Program-made: the position numbers and the translations under genes
In this document: piece by piece, positions 34,356-47,607 of the stretch
How positions within the stretch are numbered: the stretch's first letter is position 1
How the letters are laid out: each line of letters begins with the position of its first letter
Assembly: GCA_977017645.1 (NCBI GenBank)
Contig: OZ360229.1
Coordinates: 26,350,001-26,414,000, forward strand
Source of the DNA: Torpedo marmorata
Taxonomy: Eukaryota
Direction: 5' to 3'
Length of the DNA stretch: 64,000 nt
The notes under the pieces: model-generated
What the model saw: only the letters and a program-made list of their open reading frames with translations
Told to the model about the DNA's origin: nothing
Database searches by the model: none

Positions 34356-35960
34356 GTTATGCAAACAAAGAGTTGCTGGAGGAACTCAGCAGGTCAGAGA
34401 GCAGCCATGGGTAGCAATGGTCAAACAACGTTTCAGGTCTGAACCCTTTTTCAAGACGAAGATAGAATAAGTAATATTTGACGTCTGTGGTGGGTAAATT
34501 AATGGAAAGCGTTCTTAGAGATAGTGTGTATAAGTATCTGGAGAGACAGGGTCTGATCAGGGACACTCAACACGGATTTGTGCGTGGAAGGTCATGTTTG
34601 ACCAATCTTGTTGAATTTTTTGAAGAGGTGACTAGGACTTCAGTAAGGCCTTCGATAAGGTTCCGCATGGGAGGTTAGTTAGGAAGGCTCAGTCGTTAGG
34701 TATTAATTTGGAGATAGTCAATTGGATTCAACAGTGGCTGGAAGGAAGGTGCCAGAGAGTAGTAGTGGATAATTGTTTGTCAGGATGGAAGCCGGTGACA
34801 AGCGGTGTGCCTCAGGGTTCGGTATTGGGACCATTGCTGTTTGTCATATACATTAATGATCTGGAAGATGGAGCGGTAAATTGGATTAGTAAATATGCAG
34901 ATGACACTAAAATAGGGGGAATTGTGGATGATGAAGAGGGTTTTCAAAGATTGCAGAGGGATTTGAACTGCTTAGAGGAGTGGGCTGAAAGATGGCAGAT
35001 GGAGTTTAATGCTGATAAGTGTGAGGTGCTTCATTTTGGAAAGAATAATCAAAGCAAGACATACGTAGTAAATGGGAGGGCATTGAAGAATGCAGTGGAG
35101 CAGAGAGATCTAGGAATAACGGTGCATTGTTCCCTAAACGTAGGATCGCATGTGGATAGGGTGGTATAGAAGGCCTTTAGTATGCTTGCCTATATAAATC
35201 AATGCATAGAATATAGAAGTTGGGAAGTGATGATGAAACTGTAAAAGGCATTGGTGAGACCAAATTTGGAGTACTGTGTGCAGTTCTGGTCACCAAATTA
35301 TAGGAAGGATATCAACAAAATAGAGAGAGTGCAGAGAAGATTTACAAGAATGTTGCCTGGGTTTCAGCATCTGGAATACAAAGAAAGATTGACCAAATTA
35401 GGTCTTTATTCGTTGGAACGTAGAAGGCTGAGAGGAGATTTGATAGAGGTATTTAAGATTATGAGGGGGAGAGATAGAGTTGATGTGGATAGACTTTTTC
35501 CATTGAGAGTAGGGGAGATGGATACAAGAGGTCATAGGTTGAGGGTTGACGGGAAAAGGTTCAGGAGTAACATGAGGGGGAACTTCTTTACTCAGAGAGT
35601 GGTTGATGTGTGGAATGGGCTTCCGGGAGAGGTGGTGGAGGCAGGGTCAATTCTGTCATTTAAGGAAAAATTGGATAGGTATATGGATGGGAGGGGAATG
35701 GAGGGATATGGGAAGGGTGCTGGTAGGTGGGATTAGAGGAGGGTACTTGGATCGGTGCGGACTAGAAGGGCCGAACTGGCCTGTTTCTGTGCTGTAGTTG
35801 TTATATTGTTATATGGTTATATAGTAGGGGGAAAGAAGGTGGGAGAGAGGTCCAGAGATGACTGATGATTTCTACCCATGGATGTTGTCTGACCTGCTGA
35901 GTTCCTCCAGCAATTCTTTGTTTGCTCGCGATTCCAGCATCTGCAGCTCTTTCTGTGTTA
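34356..35960. mobile_element. Penelope inverted terminal fragments flanking a CR1 insertion
   Basis: GCAAACAAAGAGTTGCTGGAGGAACTCAGCAGGTCAGA at 34361 and its reverse complement at ~35888-35926. Confidence 0.7.
34478..35822 (+). mobile_element. CR1 LINE, 5'-truncated RT
   Basis: QHGFVRGRSCLTNL, SGVPQGSVLGP, YADDTK and VRPNLEYCVQFWSP motifs, tail GTTATATTGTTATATGGTTATAT. Confidence 0.95.
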
Positions 35961-35965
35961 TAATA

Positions 35966-36610
35966 GGGGGCGGCACAGTTAGCGTAGCGGTTAGCGCCAT
36001 GCTGTTACAGCGTAACCAACCGGGGTTTGAATCCGGCGCTGTCTGTAAGGAGTTTGTACGTTCTCCCCATGTCTGCGTGTGTTTCCTCCGGGTGCTCCGG
36101 TTTCCTCCCACCATTCAAAACGTACCGGGGTTGACGGTCAATTGGGTGTAATTGGGCAGCACGGGCTCGTAGAACCATAGAACCATAGAACATTACAGCA
36201 CAGAAAACAGGCCCTTCAAGTCTGTGCCAAACCATTTTTTTGCCTTAGTCCCACTGACCTGCACCCAGTCCATAGCCCTCCATACCTCTCCCATCCATAT
36301 ACCTGTCCAAATTCCTCTTAAATGTTAAAATTGACCACGCATTCACCACTTTGGCTGGAAGCTCGTTCCACACTCCCACCACTCTCTGTATGAATAAGTT
36401 CCCTCTCATGTTCCCCCTAAACCTTTCCCCTTTCACTCTTAACCCATGTCCTCTGGTTTGTATCTCCCTATCCTCAGTGGAAAAAGCCTATCTACATTTA
36501 CTCTGTCTATCCCCCTCATAATTTTAAATACCTCTATCAAATCTCAAATCAAATCATGGGCCAAAAAGGATTGTTTCCGTCTAAATGTCTAAATCTAAAT
36601 GTCTAAATTA
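35966..36610 (+). mobile_element. HE1-like V-SINE interrupted by a CR1
   Basis: tRNA-like head and V-domain GAGTTTGTACGTTCTCCCCATGTCTGCGTG..CCGGTTTCCTCCCAC. The (GTCTAAAT)n tail resumes at ~36555. Confidence 0.85.
36171..36545 (-). mobile_element. CR1 3' fragment
   Basis: GERFRGNMRGNLF..VVGVWNELP, with an (AGAACCAT)n tail on the plus strand. Confidence 0.9.
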
Positions 36611-37524
36611 AAAAATTTAAGGATAAGATAAACTGGTGTGGATTTGGGGCACAAAGTACCCTGGTGAAAATATGGAGCTGCATCAAAAATTCAACACCTT
36701 TCACAATAGTGTTTTGAGCTGCGATAGCTGATATAGGTACCAAACACTTCCTGCTGCATGTTTAACTTTCATTAGCTGTCAGCTTTCTGGCTATCAAAAT
36801 AAAACTTCACTTCAAACAGCTTTTGCATATTGCCTGTGGCAGAGGCTTAGCAACATTAAAAGGAAATGTGTTGAGGGCTGGGTGGACTGGAGTGTTCGGT
36901 GGTTAGGAGATTCACTTCATGTCCTGTGGTTGACTGGCTGGGTACGTTTGTCAGAAATGTCAATTGTCCTCAGCAGTTTTTTTACAAGCTTGTGAGTCTG
37001 GATTAGGAAGGAAAGCATTTCAATGCCTGGAACTAGATTGAAGTACATTTAATAGAATTGCAGAGATATTGATAAGTGAGTTGATTGCCTAGTTAGAAGA
37101 GATATTCTAGTCTTGAGTGACTGAAACATTCTTGTCTGAGCTTGACCTTTTTTTAAAATCGCAAAATAAATCAATGACAACAGCAAGGAGACTGATGAAA
37201 GTTGTATAAATATGTTCTAGATCTTCAGGCAAAATCTTAGTTGATTTGATGCAAAGTAAATGGTTTTACATTCATGGAATTAACTGTTGGCAAGCTGATC
37301 ATCAATACACATGACCTCATTTTATCCTTCTTTCAGCTTCTGATGTAAAACAATATGTACAACCTTGTTCACCAAACTTCTGTATGGGACCTTTATCAAA
37401 AGCTTTCCAAAAATCCAAATATATCACATCCACGCGTTCTCCCTCACTTACATACAGTACATCCTCAAAGAACTCTAGCACATTTAAGTCAAACATTGTG
37501 TTCGGGTGCCTGCCGACATTATTT

Positions 37525-37565
37525 CATACCTTGATGAAGGGCTCAAGCCCGAAACGTCGGTTATG
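37525..37565 (+). ncRNA. Minimal type I hammerhead ribozyme motif in a Penelope terminal fragment
   Basis: CATACC-TTGATGA-A-GGGC(TCAA)GCCC-GAAAC-GTC-GGTTATG gives stem I, a U3-variant core, stem II, a palindromic mini stem III and a GUC site. Confidence 0.7.
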
Positions 37566-37744
37566 TATCTTTATCTTTGCTACAGAAAGTACACTGTTTG
37601 ACCAGCTGAGTTTCTCCAGCTTTGTGTTTTTACTTTATTTCAGACTCCATGTTGACCTTGTTCAATCATTTTATCACCTTTTAAGTCAGCGTGGATGAAG
37701 TTAGGCCAAGGGCCTGTTTCTGTGCTGTATAACTATGACTATGA

Positions 37745-38800
37745 CTCCAAATGTTTTGAAACATGTCCCTTATTATAGATTCCAGCATTTTCCCAGCTGC
37801 CGATATCAATTTTTATCTCCCCCCCCCCCCCACTCTTTATTAAATGGCAGGCCCACATTTGTTCCAGGAAATTCGCAGGAACCATTCCAAAATCTAAAGA
37901 ATTTTGGAAGGTAATAACCACAAAATCCCTAACATCTAAAGCCACCTCTTAAAAAAATCCAGGAAATAGATCATCAGGTTCTTAGGATTTATCAGTTTTC
38001 AAGTTCTCTAGTTATTTTGATTTTTCAATATTTCTGGGAGATTTTCTTTGAGTCTGCTGGAAAGCCAAACACAAATTATTTGTGTCATTTTTTTATTCCT
38101 CATTGTAAATTCTCCCGTCTCTGTCTGGGAAGGACCCTGGTCTTTTCCTCCTTGCACGCTGTGTTTATGTTTCACACTAGTTTACTCATATTCTGTTTTC
38201 CCTTTCCTTATTGATTTCTTGGTTATCCTTTGCTGAACTCCATGTCATCAGGCTTACTGCTTTTCCTGGCATCTTTAGAAGACTTGCCTTAAATTTAATA
38301 TAATCTTTATTTTTCACCCAAATCATACTGTGTTTGCGTGACTTCTAGGAATATGTATTTATGCAAATTATATAATGAGTTTAAATACCAATTCACCATC
38401 AGATCATTTAATATGGTTTCCCAATCTACTAATCGATCTATCCTTCATAACTTCATAGTTTCCTTTCTTTAGATTGATTAGCCTAGTTCTGGAAAGAACT
38501 GGATCACTTTCAAACTTAATGTAACCTTTTATTAAATTATGGTTACTCTTTCCTCAGGGCTCCTCTACAACAAGCTCATTAATTGCACAGGACTAGATAT
38601 AAAATAGCCTGTTCCTGAGCTGATTTCTTCAAAACTAATATGGAAATACATTTTTATACAATCCAGGAATTTATCCTCTAGTATTTGATTTACCTGGTCT
38701 GTGTAGGTAAAAGTCCCCTGTGATCATTGTTTTACCCGTTACCCGGATCTCTAACTTCCTTCTTTGTATCTCGCCCTACATTGCAACTAAAATTGGAGGC
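37745..38800 (-). mobile_element. Highly degenerate old CR1-like LINE
   Basis: Residual translation ALDVRDFVVITFQNSLDFGMVPAN and a GDF-like motif near 38712. Confidence 0.5.
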
Positions 38801-39077
38801 TTAGAAATAACCCCCACACATTCACAGCTACATTAAGTGGGATCTGATTGTAGGCCCCACCCTGGTTATCTGGGTCTCAAACGTTAATCAACAATAACAA
38901 GAACAGAAGCCACAAGACCAACTGTAGCCACCACAGTGTCAACTACAATAACATTAACAATAACGACAACATAAGCCATAATACGCACAGTGGCAACAAC
39001 ACTAACAGAGAAACTAACAGAAGCAGCAACTACAGTTATAAACACCACTGTAGACTGAGCTTAAATTTGTGACTCCC

Positions 39078-39560
39078 GAAAACTTCAACAGGTGTACTGT
39101 GGAGAGCATTCTGGCTGGTTGCATCACTGTCTGGTACGGAGGTGCCAACACTCAGGACAAGAAAAAACTCCAGAGGGTTGTTAACTCGGCCTGTGACATC
39201 ACGAGCACCAGACTTCACTACATTGAGGACATCTACAAGAGGACATCTTAAGAAAGCAGCTTCTATCCTCAAGGACCCCCACCACCCAGGCCATGCCCTC
39301 TTCACTCTGCTACCATTGGGAAAAAGGTACAGGAGCCTAAAGACAAACACTCAGCGGCACAAGGACAGCTTCTTCCCCGCTGCCATCAGATTACTGAATG
39401 ATCAATGAACCAAAGATACTGCCTTACTTTGACTTTTCGTGCACTATTTTTATTTATTTTTGTAAGGTGGTTTATATAAATATTTGCACTGTGATGCTGC
39501 CGCAAAACAAAGAATTAACTAATTTCATGACTTGTTCATGACAATAAATTCTGATTCTTC
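39078..39560 (+). mobile_element. Rex1/Babar 3' fragment
   Basis: CTVESILAGCITVWYGG..HPGHALFTLLP and a tail TGACAATAAATTCTGATTCT. Confidence 0.92.
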
Positions 39561-39904
39561 TGAATGGGGCAGTGGGAGCTTCACTCTCGATTTAACCTAT
39601 TATCATCTGGGCCTTTATCACTAGGCTGTTATTTTGTATTTGCATGTGTGTTTTTATGCTGTCTGTGCCCAGTGTAGAAAGAGCTTTATACCATCTACCC
39701 ATGATGTCCCAGCCTTGATGTGTAGTGGGTGCTTTACTCTGTACCTAATTCATGCTGTCCTGGTCCTGGCTGTGTTTGATTGACAGCCTGGGGGGAACTT
39801 TACTCTGTAGCTAACCTGTATTGTCATCATCCACACGGTTTGATGTAACAGTGCACAGGCTTTGCTCTGTATACAGTCTGTGCTGACCATGGCTATTGAG
39901 TCAC

Positions 39905-40260
39905 AATAGACTGCAGATGCTAGAATTGGAAACATAATCAAACGGCTGGAGGAACTCAGTGGGTCAGGCAGTTTCCATGAATGGAAATGAACAGTTCACA
40001 TTTTGGGTCAAAAGCCTACATCAGGACTGAGAAAGAAGGCAGGCTGTATTAAAGAGCAGAGGGGAGGGGGTCAGTGGGTGATAGGTGGACCAAGGAGAGA
40101 TGAAAGATGATGGACAAATGGAGCCAGGTGATGTTGGGAGGTAGAGGCAGGAGCGTTATTGGTGGAAGCAGACAAAATGGAAGATGGAGCCAGGTTTGGG
40201 GGGTGGGGGTGAAGGTGAGACAGCTAAAGGAAGGAAGTGGGTTATGAGATAGGAGACCGA
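39905..40260 (-). mobile_element. Old Penelope remnant
   Basis: CTGCAGATGCTAGAA..GCTGGAGGAACTCAGTGGGTCAGGCAG followed by a purine-rich stretch. Confidence 0.55.
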
Positions 40261-42244
40261 AGGAGATGGCTATGGAATGTTTGACAGAATAGTCCAGAGC
40301 AAGCTATGCTCTTACCGAAGGATCCAATTCATTATCATTAAATGTCAGTGAAATTGATATGTTAAGTCATGTTCACTACAATTATATGGTTGACTGAAAG
40401 GATTAATGTACAGTGATAGTCCTGCTTTTATTTCAATACTCATTGGCGCATGTGACAGGATGACAGAGACTTGATGGCACTTTAATATTGGATGTATTCC
40501 CCAGGTGAATGGGCTGAAACCTCTAGGCTCGTGACAGTGCACTGATGTCACCAGTATCACCCAATTTCTGTTTATTGGTGGAAAAGGGAGAGAACAGGTA
40601 CAGAGGATTATTGTGTTGCTCAAGAAGCATCATTACAGGTCGGCAGCAATGAGTTAAAGTTTTCAAGGCAAACATGCAGTTTTATACACATTGCACTCAA
40701 GTGCTACCATAATAGAAACTAGGAAGTCAGACATTATGGAGTGCAGGAGCTCTGATGTTGCATGGAGATCAGGACTGTAGAGAACAGGTTAGTATCTGGA
40801 AATACCAAGAGAGTTACAAGAAGATGGGATCAAGTAGAGTGGAAAAGAGACTGAATGCACAGAGAGTGGAAAGCTGAAGCTGCCTTCTTCTTCCTGCTTC
40901 CCTCTGTCTGAGGAAGACCAGAGTGCAATGCGAATCATTTTTCTATTTGTTTCTATCTACACTGCCCCAACGTAAAACACTAGTACAAAGTGGGATGTGT
41001 GCAGGAATTTAAGTCTGACTGCTTTTGGAGAGGTACATTAAACACATACATACAATACACATTTACTCATATGCCCATGTTTTTTTTAAAGTGCTTATTA
41101 TTGTTTGGAGAGGCCTTAATCCCACCCCACCTCACAATCTCCCTTCAGCTAAAAAATCATTTGCGTCCTCATTCTAAAGCAACCAGTTTCATTTTTTGAA
41201 TCTCATTCTGTATATAACTTCTTCACAGAAGTTAGAATCCTGGTGCTTCTGAGTTGTAACATCGACTATTTCAATGTTTTTTTTTAATGATATGAAGATC
41301 AAAATGCACATTCATCCATTGTAATCGTCCTGAGGATTTGTATGGCCTCTCTAATATAACTCTGTATTCCATTGTTTATTTTCCTTCTTGACTTTATCTA
41401 CTTCTGGTGCAGTTTTAATATCTTGTGAACTTGCATTTTGAAATCTCTCTGCCTCAGTTGCAGTGGTGATGCCTCTGAGCAGGGAAGTCACAAGTTCAAG
41501 TCCTATTCAAGAGATTTGAGAAAACTGATGTTGGCTGACACTCCAACTGCATCATGGAAAGAGTACTGTACAAGTGGAGAGGTCAATCTTTATTTGAAGT
41601 AAAGTTGGGTGGTTCTACCTGCCTTGGCTGATGTTTATGAGGCAGTCTACCGTGAAGAATTGATGGATATATGCATGGATTCAGGTCTCCAGTTCTTGAG
41701 CGAGCGAGAGGGAGAGCAGGAGTGGGAGAGGGAGAGAGAAAAAAGCTGACAGCGGATGGGATAAAAGTAATATTACTTGACTACATGGAGCTATAGAAAA
41801 GAACAAATTTAATTTGTCACAACTACATATGAATCTCAAGAGAAATTAAACATAAATAAAGTATAAACTACATGTAAACAAAATTCTCTTTGTACAAAAA
41901 CACCTCTGCTGATACACAAAATATATGAAGTTGTCCAGAAAATAAAAAGCAAATATTCATTAACTTTGGTACAAATATGAATATCAATCTCAATATTACA
42001 TTTCTGTCCTGATGGTAAAGTCAAAAATATAGAACATTTCAGCTGAGTATAGCCTGATTTCTGACAATCAGTCCCAGATACTTATCTCACAACATTTGGT
42101 TTTCATTGAGGAGATAAGACAGAGGAGCAGTGACTCAGTGCAAAGTGCCTCATTTTCAATAGCTTCCAGTTTCTTTATCTTATGTTTTTTTAGACAGAAG
42201 TACCGAGATTTTCCCATCATCAATTTGCATACTTACCCTCCGGA

Positions 42245-42535
42245 GTGGCCGTTCACACAGGATGGACGTTTACACTAACCTCCTGCGTTACGGTGATTCC
42301 AGAGGGTGGACGTGGGTCGACGTCGACTCGGACGTCGTATTCATTAATCCATTTTTGCGGACCACCTGCAGTTCAGTTCAGACTGCAGGCAGTCCGCAAA
42401 AATGTCTAGGGCTGCTGCAGGAAAAATGTCGGGACGGAAATTAGTTACTAATTTCCATCACGACATTTTTACACAGCCAGTATAACGGGAAATTTCTGAG
42501 ATTTTCCTGTTATGCAGCGGCTGTGTAAAAGTCAT
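42245..42535. mobile_element. Putative Harbinger-like MITE
   Basis: CpG-rich patch in AT-rich DNA with ends TGGCCGTTCACACAG / CTGTGTAAAAGTCA and a terminal hairpin TTTTACACAGCC..GGCTGTGTAAAA. Confidence 0.45.
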
Positions 42536-43205
42536 AAATGCATATATAAAGTTAATGGGCAATCATGCTCGCTCATGATCCTGGTGTCAATTATTTCTTT
42601 CAGTGGGGAAATAATCTTCTACTTCCTGTATTCTGGAGTGAAAACTTTACTCATGTTTCTGATTGTGCCAAGTCTGCTGCCTTTTGATAACTGCAAAAAT
42701 ATTTGGAGAATAGGGGCTTTAAAAACAGAACAGAAGTTACTAAGCAGCATGCAACTTTTAACTTGGCTTTTGCAGTTTTAACTGTTAAGCCAGTAGCACT
42801 GACATTTAATTTCTATTTTTTTTCAGTGCAACACAAAATTTTCTTAGAAAGGTATGAGAAACATAGGATGGGCTACCCCTTCTAATTATGAAGCTCTTAG
42901 GGATAATGAAGATTTGATATAACTGTGGGTTACACCATTGATTTGCCACCCTGGACTGATTCTCTGCATTCTTATCCCACTCTCTACAGATATCCATGCC
43001 ATGTAGACTTAATCTTTCTAGTTTGCTGATGGTCCTTGAATATTTTTTGTTACTCATTCTAATCAAATGAGTTTGATCTTGAAGTTAAAGATACTTACCG
43101 GTAATTAAAACTTTTTGAATTGTGACTAAATTTAGTAAAAAACCTTTTTAAAAAAACTGACACTGATTATGTTAACCTGCACCTAGACAGAAAACATTCA
43201 CAAGA

Positions 43206-43440
43206 GGTAATAGCGTAGCGGTTATTGTGACACTATTACAGTGCCAACGACCCAGGTTCAAATCTGGCACTGTCTGTAAGGAGTTTTTACGTTCTCCCCG
43301 TGACCTGCGTGGGCTTTCCCTGGGTTCTCTGGTTTCCTTCCACCTTCCCAAACATACAGGGTTGTAAGTTATTTGGGTGTAGTTGGGCAGCACGGGTCTC
43401 AAAGGCCAGAATTGGCTTTTACCATGTTGTAAATAAAAAA
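43206..43440 (+). mobile_element. HE1-like V-SINE
   Basis: Head and V-domain as in the other copies. Confidence 0.85.
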
Positions 43441-44268
43441 AATGTTCTATAAAGCAGAGAACGGGTCAGGAATCAAATTGTGGCCACATTATTTCACTCT
43501 GATCGAAACTCTGGTCCTTACAATTCCTGACCATGATATGTAGGATCTTGTTGGTGCTGATGGCATGAATCTCTCTTAAATCAGTTATATCAGTTGCTCG
43601 GTTGACAAACAGAAGGGCAAGAAAGAAAATCATTGTTTGGATAAGAAAATGGCTTTAAGTCTCCAGACAGTTGTAACTATACTTTGTAGCACACTCATGA
43701 ACATTCTTTAAGATCCTGAAGAAAAAGCTGAAGATTGTTAATAATTATTATTGTTTGCCTACATTTGTCCAAGTATGCATTTGTCCGTGTGTGTGTGTGA
43801 GACTGATATTGTGCACACGTGCAAGTGTCTGTGTGTGCATGACAGCAAACTTTAGAGCTTGTCTAATGTAAATGCACATCATGACTATAAATGAGTGTGA
43901 GGGCAGTTGTGAGAAAGCACATTTGAGACAGTGTTAGTGCACATGGAAATGTGTGAACAAGAAAGTGCAAGAGTGAGCAAGATCACGTATTTCTGTGAAT
44001 GAGAACGCAAGGGCAAAACCATCTGTGCACGTATGTGTTGGGTGAGTCAAGGCTCAAATCAAATGAAGTTCACATATAGGCATTTCTCAGCTTCTCTCCC
44101 CGTTTGTACAAATTACCTCATCCTGAGAATATGCACAATTTCTTTCCAAAGCCTTTGGATTGAGATCATTCGAGATTTGACCCTGATCTTGATGTGGAAC
44201 ACCGATAATGGGTCCAATAAATCAATGTGCCTATATGTTCTGCTCAGCTGAAACGTGTGTGGCAACAC

Positions 44269-44419
44269 ATTCAAGATTCAATTTATTGTCACAGCAATAA
44301 GACAGTGTCATATACCACAAAATTTCTTTTTGCCTGCTGCAAGGCAGGCAGATTCGCCATCGGCAGAAATTGCCTAAGCGCCTCTAACATTCCTTACAGT
44401 CAGAGAAAGAGAAGCAAAA
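44269..44419 (-). mobile_element. 5'-truncated copy of the 29612-30838 retroposon tail
   Basis: Reverse complement of ~30683-30832 with one visible mismatch. Confidence 0.9.
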
Positions 44420-44640
44420 ATGATTGATTGGAATGGTGGCCAAAAGTTGAGGAACAGGAAATATTTAAATGAAGTCACTGCACCTCTAATGAAGAAATAC
44501 AGCAAAACGTTATTTAAGAGTGTCCAATTAAAATAAACTACCAGCTTTTGGCATTACATGGAGGCAGGGCCCTCATTTCAGCGTAGAAAAAAATGAAATC
44601 ATGGGTCTTTAATTAAAACCAATAAGTTTAGTGCAGCTTT

Positions 44641-44890
44641 GGACGGCACGGTTGGCGTAGTGGTTAGCGCAACGCCTTTACAGTGCCAGTGATCAGGTCC
44701 AGACTGGGGTTCGAGTCCCGCGCTGTCTGTAAGGAGTTTGTACATTCTCCGCGTGTCTGCGTGGGTTTTCCCCGGGGGCTCCGGTTTCCTCCCACCGTTC
44801 AAAACGTACTGAGGGTGTAGGTTAATGGGGTGTAAATTGGGCGGCATGGACTGAAATGAACTGTTACTGTGCTGTATGTCTAAATTTAAA
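44641..44890 (+). mobile_element. HE1-like V-SINE
   Basis: GGCGTAGTGG A-box, GGTTCGAGTCC B-box, V-domain and tail CTGTGCTGTATGTCTAAATT. Confidence 0.9.
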
Positions 44891-46549
44891 AAAATTTTTT
44901 TTTTTTTTACCCAAATCGGAGAAAATATTTTAATAGCCGCAGAGTCCATGGTAACAATGGAAGCAGTGGACACTTTAGCATGTTACACAAGAAAAGCCAG
45001 AGTGCATGTTTCTCTTTGCCTTTAGAAACCAACAAGCAAATTCAGACACAAATGTCCATCCAGTGTAACTGGAGTCATGCAGTTTGGTAATGCTGGTGGT
45101 TCCACTCCCACAATTAACTGGGCGTTTTAAAACTACACCACTGAAAAATATTCAAATGCAAATCTGGTGTAAATGACAAAGATAATGCATGCGTGCACAG
45201 CAACAGCTTGAATTGAGAAACCGCTTCTCTCCAGCTTCTCCATCCTCGTGCATGACTATTTCATATTGTTAGAAGTTTCTATTTTTTCTTTTACCATAAC
45301 AATCTTTTTTTATTTTCAGAAAAAAATTGCCCTGAGCAGCCTTTTGCTAGTTATCTACTCACAATAACCGACAACTCACTCAAATATCTAATTCCTATTT
45401 AAACACTATTAGACTTGCTTAAATCATATCTTTGCCAGTCTAAACCTCAAGGGTTTTGTTTGGTATTTCTATAACTTGCCTGAATGATCCAAACATACAT
45501 CCACCCACCTCTTTCCCACCCCACTCCAGCTAGGCAAGCTTCAAGAAGGTATGCTCGATTTGTTCCTTTTTTGCTTCCAAATCAACTTCAATGCCATCCA
45601 GTCAGCGATAAAGCATTTCAGATTTGTGCAAGTCCTTGCTGAGCATTAGGTGGCAATAGTATGTTGATGTATGTTGCCATTGGAAGCAGGAAACCTCCTC
45701 TGCCCTGTCCCCAGTCAGATAGGAACCTACTTTAGTTAGCTTCATTATTATTATTCCAGTGCACCCTCCTGCACTAAGCTATTTTAACACTCAGTATTAA
45801 ACATCAATTTATTGAGTTGCTATGAATGGAAGATGTATGAGCATGACAAGAAGAAATTTTACTTCAATACCAGCCAATTGAAAGAGTGTAGGTATTAATA
45901 TGAGGAAGGGGCAACATAGTGAGTTCACATGGGGCATAAGCTTTAAAGTTGAGGGAGGCTTGAGTTTATTTTACTCTTGATCCCTGAACCACTAGGTACA
46001 TCTAGTTGAAATAGTGGAACAAGATTGATCAGAGTTATTTAAGGAAAATACAAAGAGAAATGAATCACTTCACAAGGACTCTAGGGTAAAGGGGGTGCCA
46101 TCTCATCTCCCACATAAAAATCCTTTCCATTTCATCCCACCACATTTTAAATATTGAGCTCCCTTGTCCCAGAGACTCCTTTGAGGAGTTGTTATCCTCC
46201 ACGTTCGTAATGCCCAAAATACAGCAAAGGTCACCTTCCCAGCCAAACCTGAGGGGTTCAACTATTGGGATTGGAGAGTGCAATTTGCTGTTTGGATTCA
46301 ATCACCTGCTTTTCTACAAGATTTGATCGTCCCAGCTTCTGCAGGCACAATGCACACCAGATTACCTCCACATAACCTTGAGTGAAAAACATGCAGAATC
46401 TGAGAAATTCAAGGTCACAGATGTGGACTCCAGGATTAAGAACAACTTTTCATTGCTATGTTTGTTTGCAAGAAGACTTCTCAAATAATTATGTTATATA
46501 GAATGCACCATAGATATCAGTCAATCCCCATATTTTTGTCATTGTGAAC

Positions 46550-46555
46550 TTTATT
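46550..46555 (-). terminator. Candidate polyadenylation signal of the PRDM1-like gene
   Basis: AATAAA on the minus strand ~500 nt after the stop codon, following AU-rich sequence. Confidence 0.4.
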
Positions 46556-47049
46556 TTTTAATAAAGAGAATGTTCTGTTCCTTAATAAATAAGATATAAG
46601 ATTTAGAAGAATAAACTTGTATCTGAATGTCTGTTAACCAATAAAAAATATATCATTTTCTGTTGCATAAATATATCTAATACACCCTGAGAAAGCACTG
46701 AAAGCACAACTGGTTATCAAACCAAAGGCTGAATCTGAACATCACCCAGACTCAGGAATGACCATGTGTTGGGGAACTTCTGACTGAATGGATAAGAACT
46801 CAAGAAATGCTGGAATCAATTAACAATTTGTCAGATCACGCAACAGAGACTACTCCCTCGGGATGAATAAAATAGCACACACAAGAAAGAGTTTGGAAAT
46901 ACTATGTCCACATTTCTTTTCTGGGTTCAATTTGCTTAATATTATGAATTTTTCTTCTAGATTGTCCAGCATCTTCCTCTTACGATGTCCTGCTTTTAAT
47001 GATGAGTTCATTGAATCAGTCCCAGCACATGATAATGATTGTTACACAA

Positions 47050-47607
47050 TTATAGACAGGTTTCTTGTTTGACACTGATGGGATGCAGAGTTGCTGGTCC
47101 ATGATGAAATTGTATTAGATTAGAAGTCTTGGTCCTTTCATGGTGGACAGAGAATGGATGATTGTCTCCACTGTTCTTGTGACATGATGCTTTGAATTGG
47201 TCCTCTTTGTGGTCCTTGTCCAAGCAATGGACTACAAGCTGCTTGGTTACCAGCTCAATCTCTGATGCTGTGGCAGCATTGTCCAATCTTTCTGCATTCT
47301 CACTCATGTCAAATCTATTGATTTCATCATCAATCTTGAAGAGTTCCTCCTTAGACCAGTTGGTCTCTGATGCCATGCCACAGTTGCCATTCAGGTGGAT
47401 TTTCAGGCTGCATTGGTGGATGTAGCATTGGGAACAGTGGTGGCACTTGTGTTGCCGCTCTTTGCTGTGCAAGCGTCTATGGAGCTTGAGATGGACAAAC
47501 TGGGTGAATTTAGCCGAGCATTGCTTGCAGTGATATGGCCTCTCTCCAGAGTGCAAACGAAGATGGGTTTTTAGATTACTGGTACTACTGAAGCGTTTGT
47601 GGCACAC
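47050..47607 (-). CDS. PRDM1: PRDM1/Blimp-1-like last coding exon (ZF3-ZF5, acidic C-terminus)
   Basis: VCHKRFSSTSNLKTHLRLHSGE..KFTQFVHLKLH..YIHQCSLKIHLNGNC..VKQET. AG acceptor at 47608-47609 and TAA stop. Confidence 0.95.
   Translation of the reverse strand: MCHKRFSSTSNLKTHLRLHSGERPYHCKQCSAKFTQFVHLKLHRRLHSKERQHKCHHCSQCYIHQCSLKIHLNGNCGMASETNWSKEELFKIDDEINRFDMSENAERLDNAATASEIELVTKQLVVHCLDKDHKEDQFKASCHKNSGDNHPFSVHHERTKTSNLIQFHHGPATLHPISVKQETCL

Noticed and set aside
41830-42030. 3' UTR end of a gene (AU-rich, TGTACA motifs on the minus strand)
   Set aside because: Suggestive composition only. No exon links to it, and a distal PRDM1-like UTR cannot be supported without transcripts.
44641-44725. 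tRNA gene
   Set aside because: The A/B boxes belong to a V-SINE head that continues into the V-domain and LINE tail.
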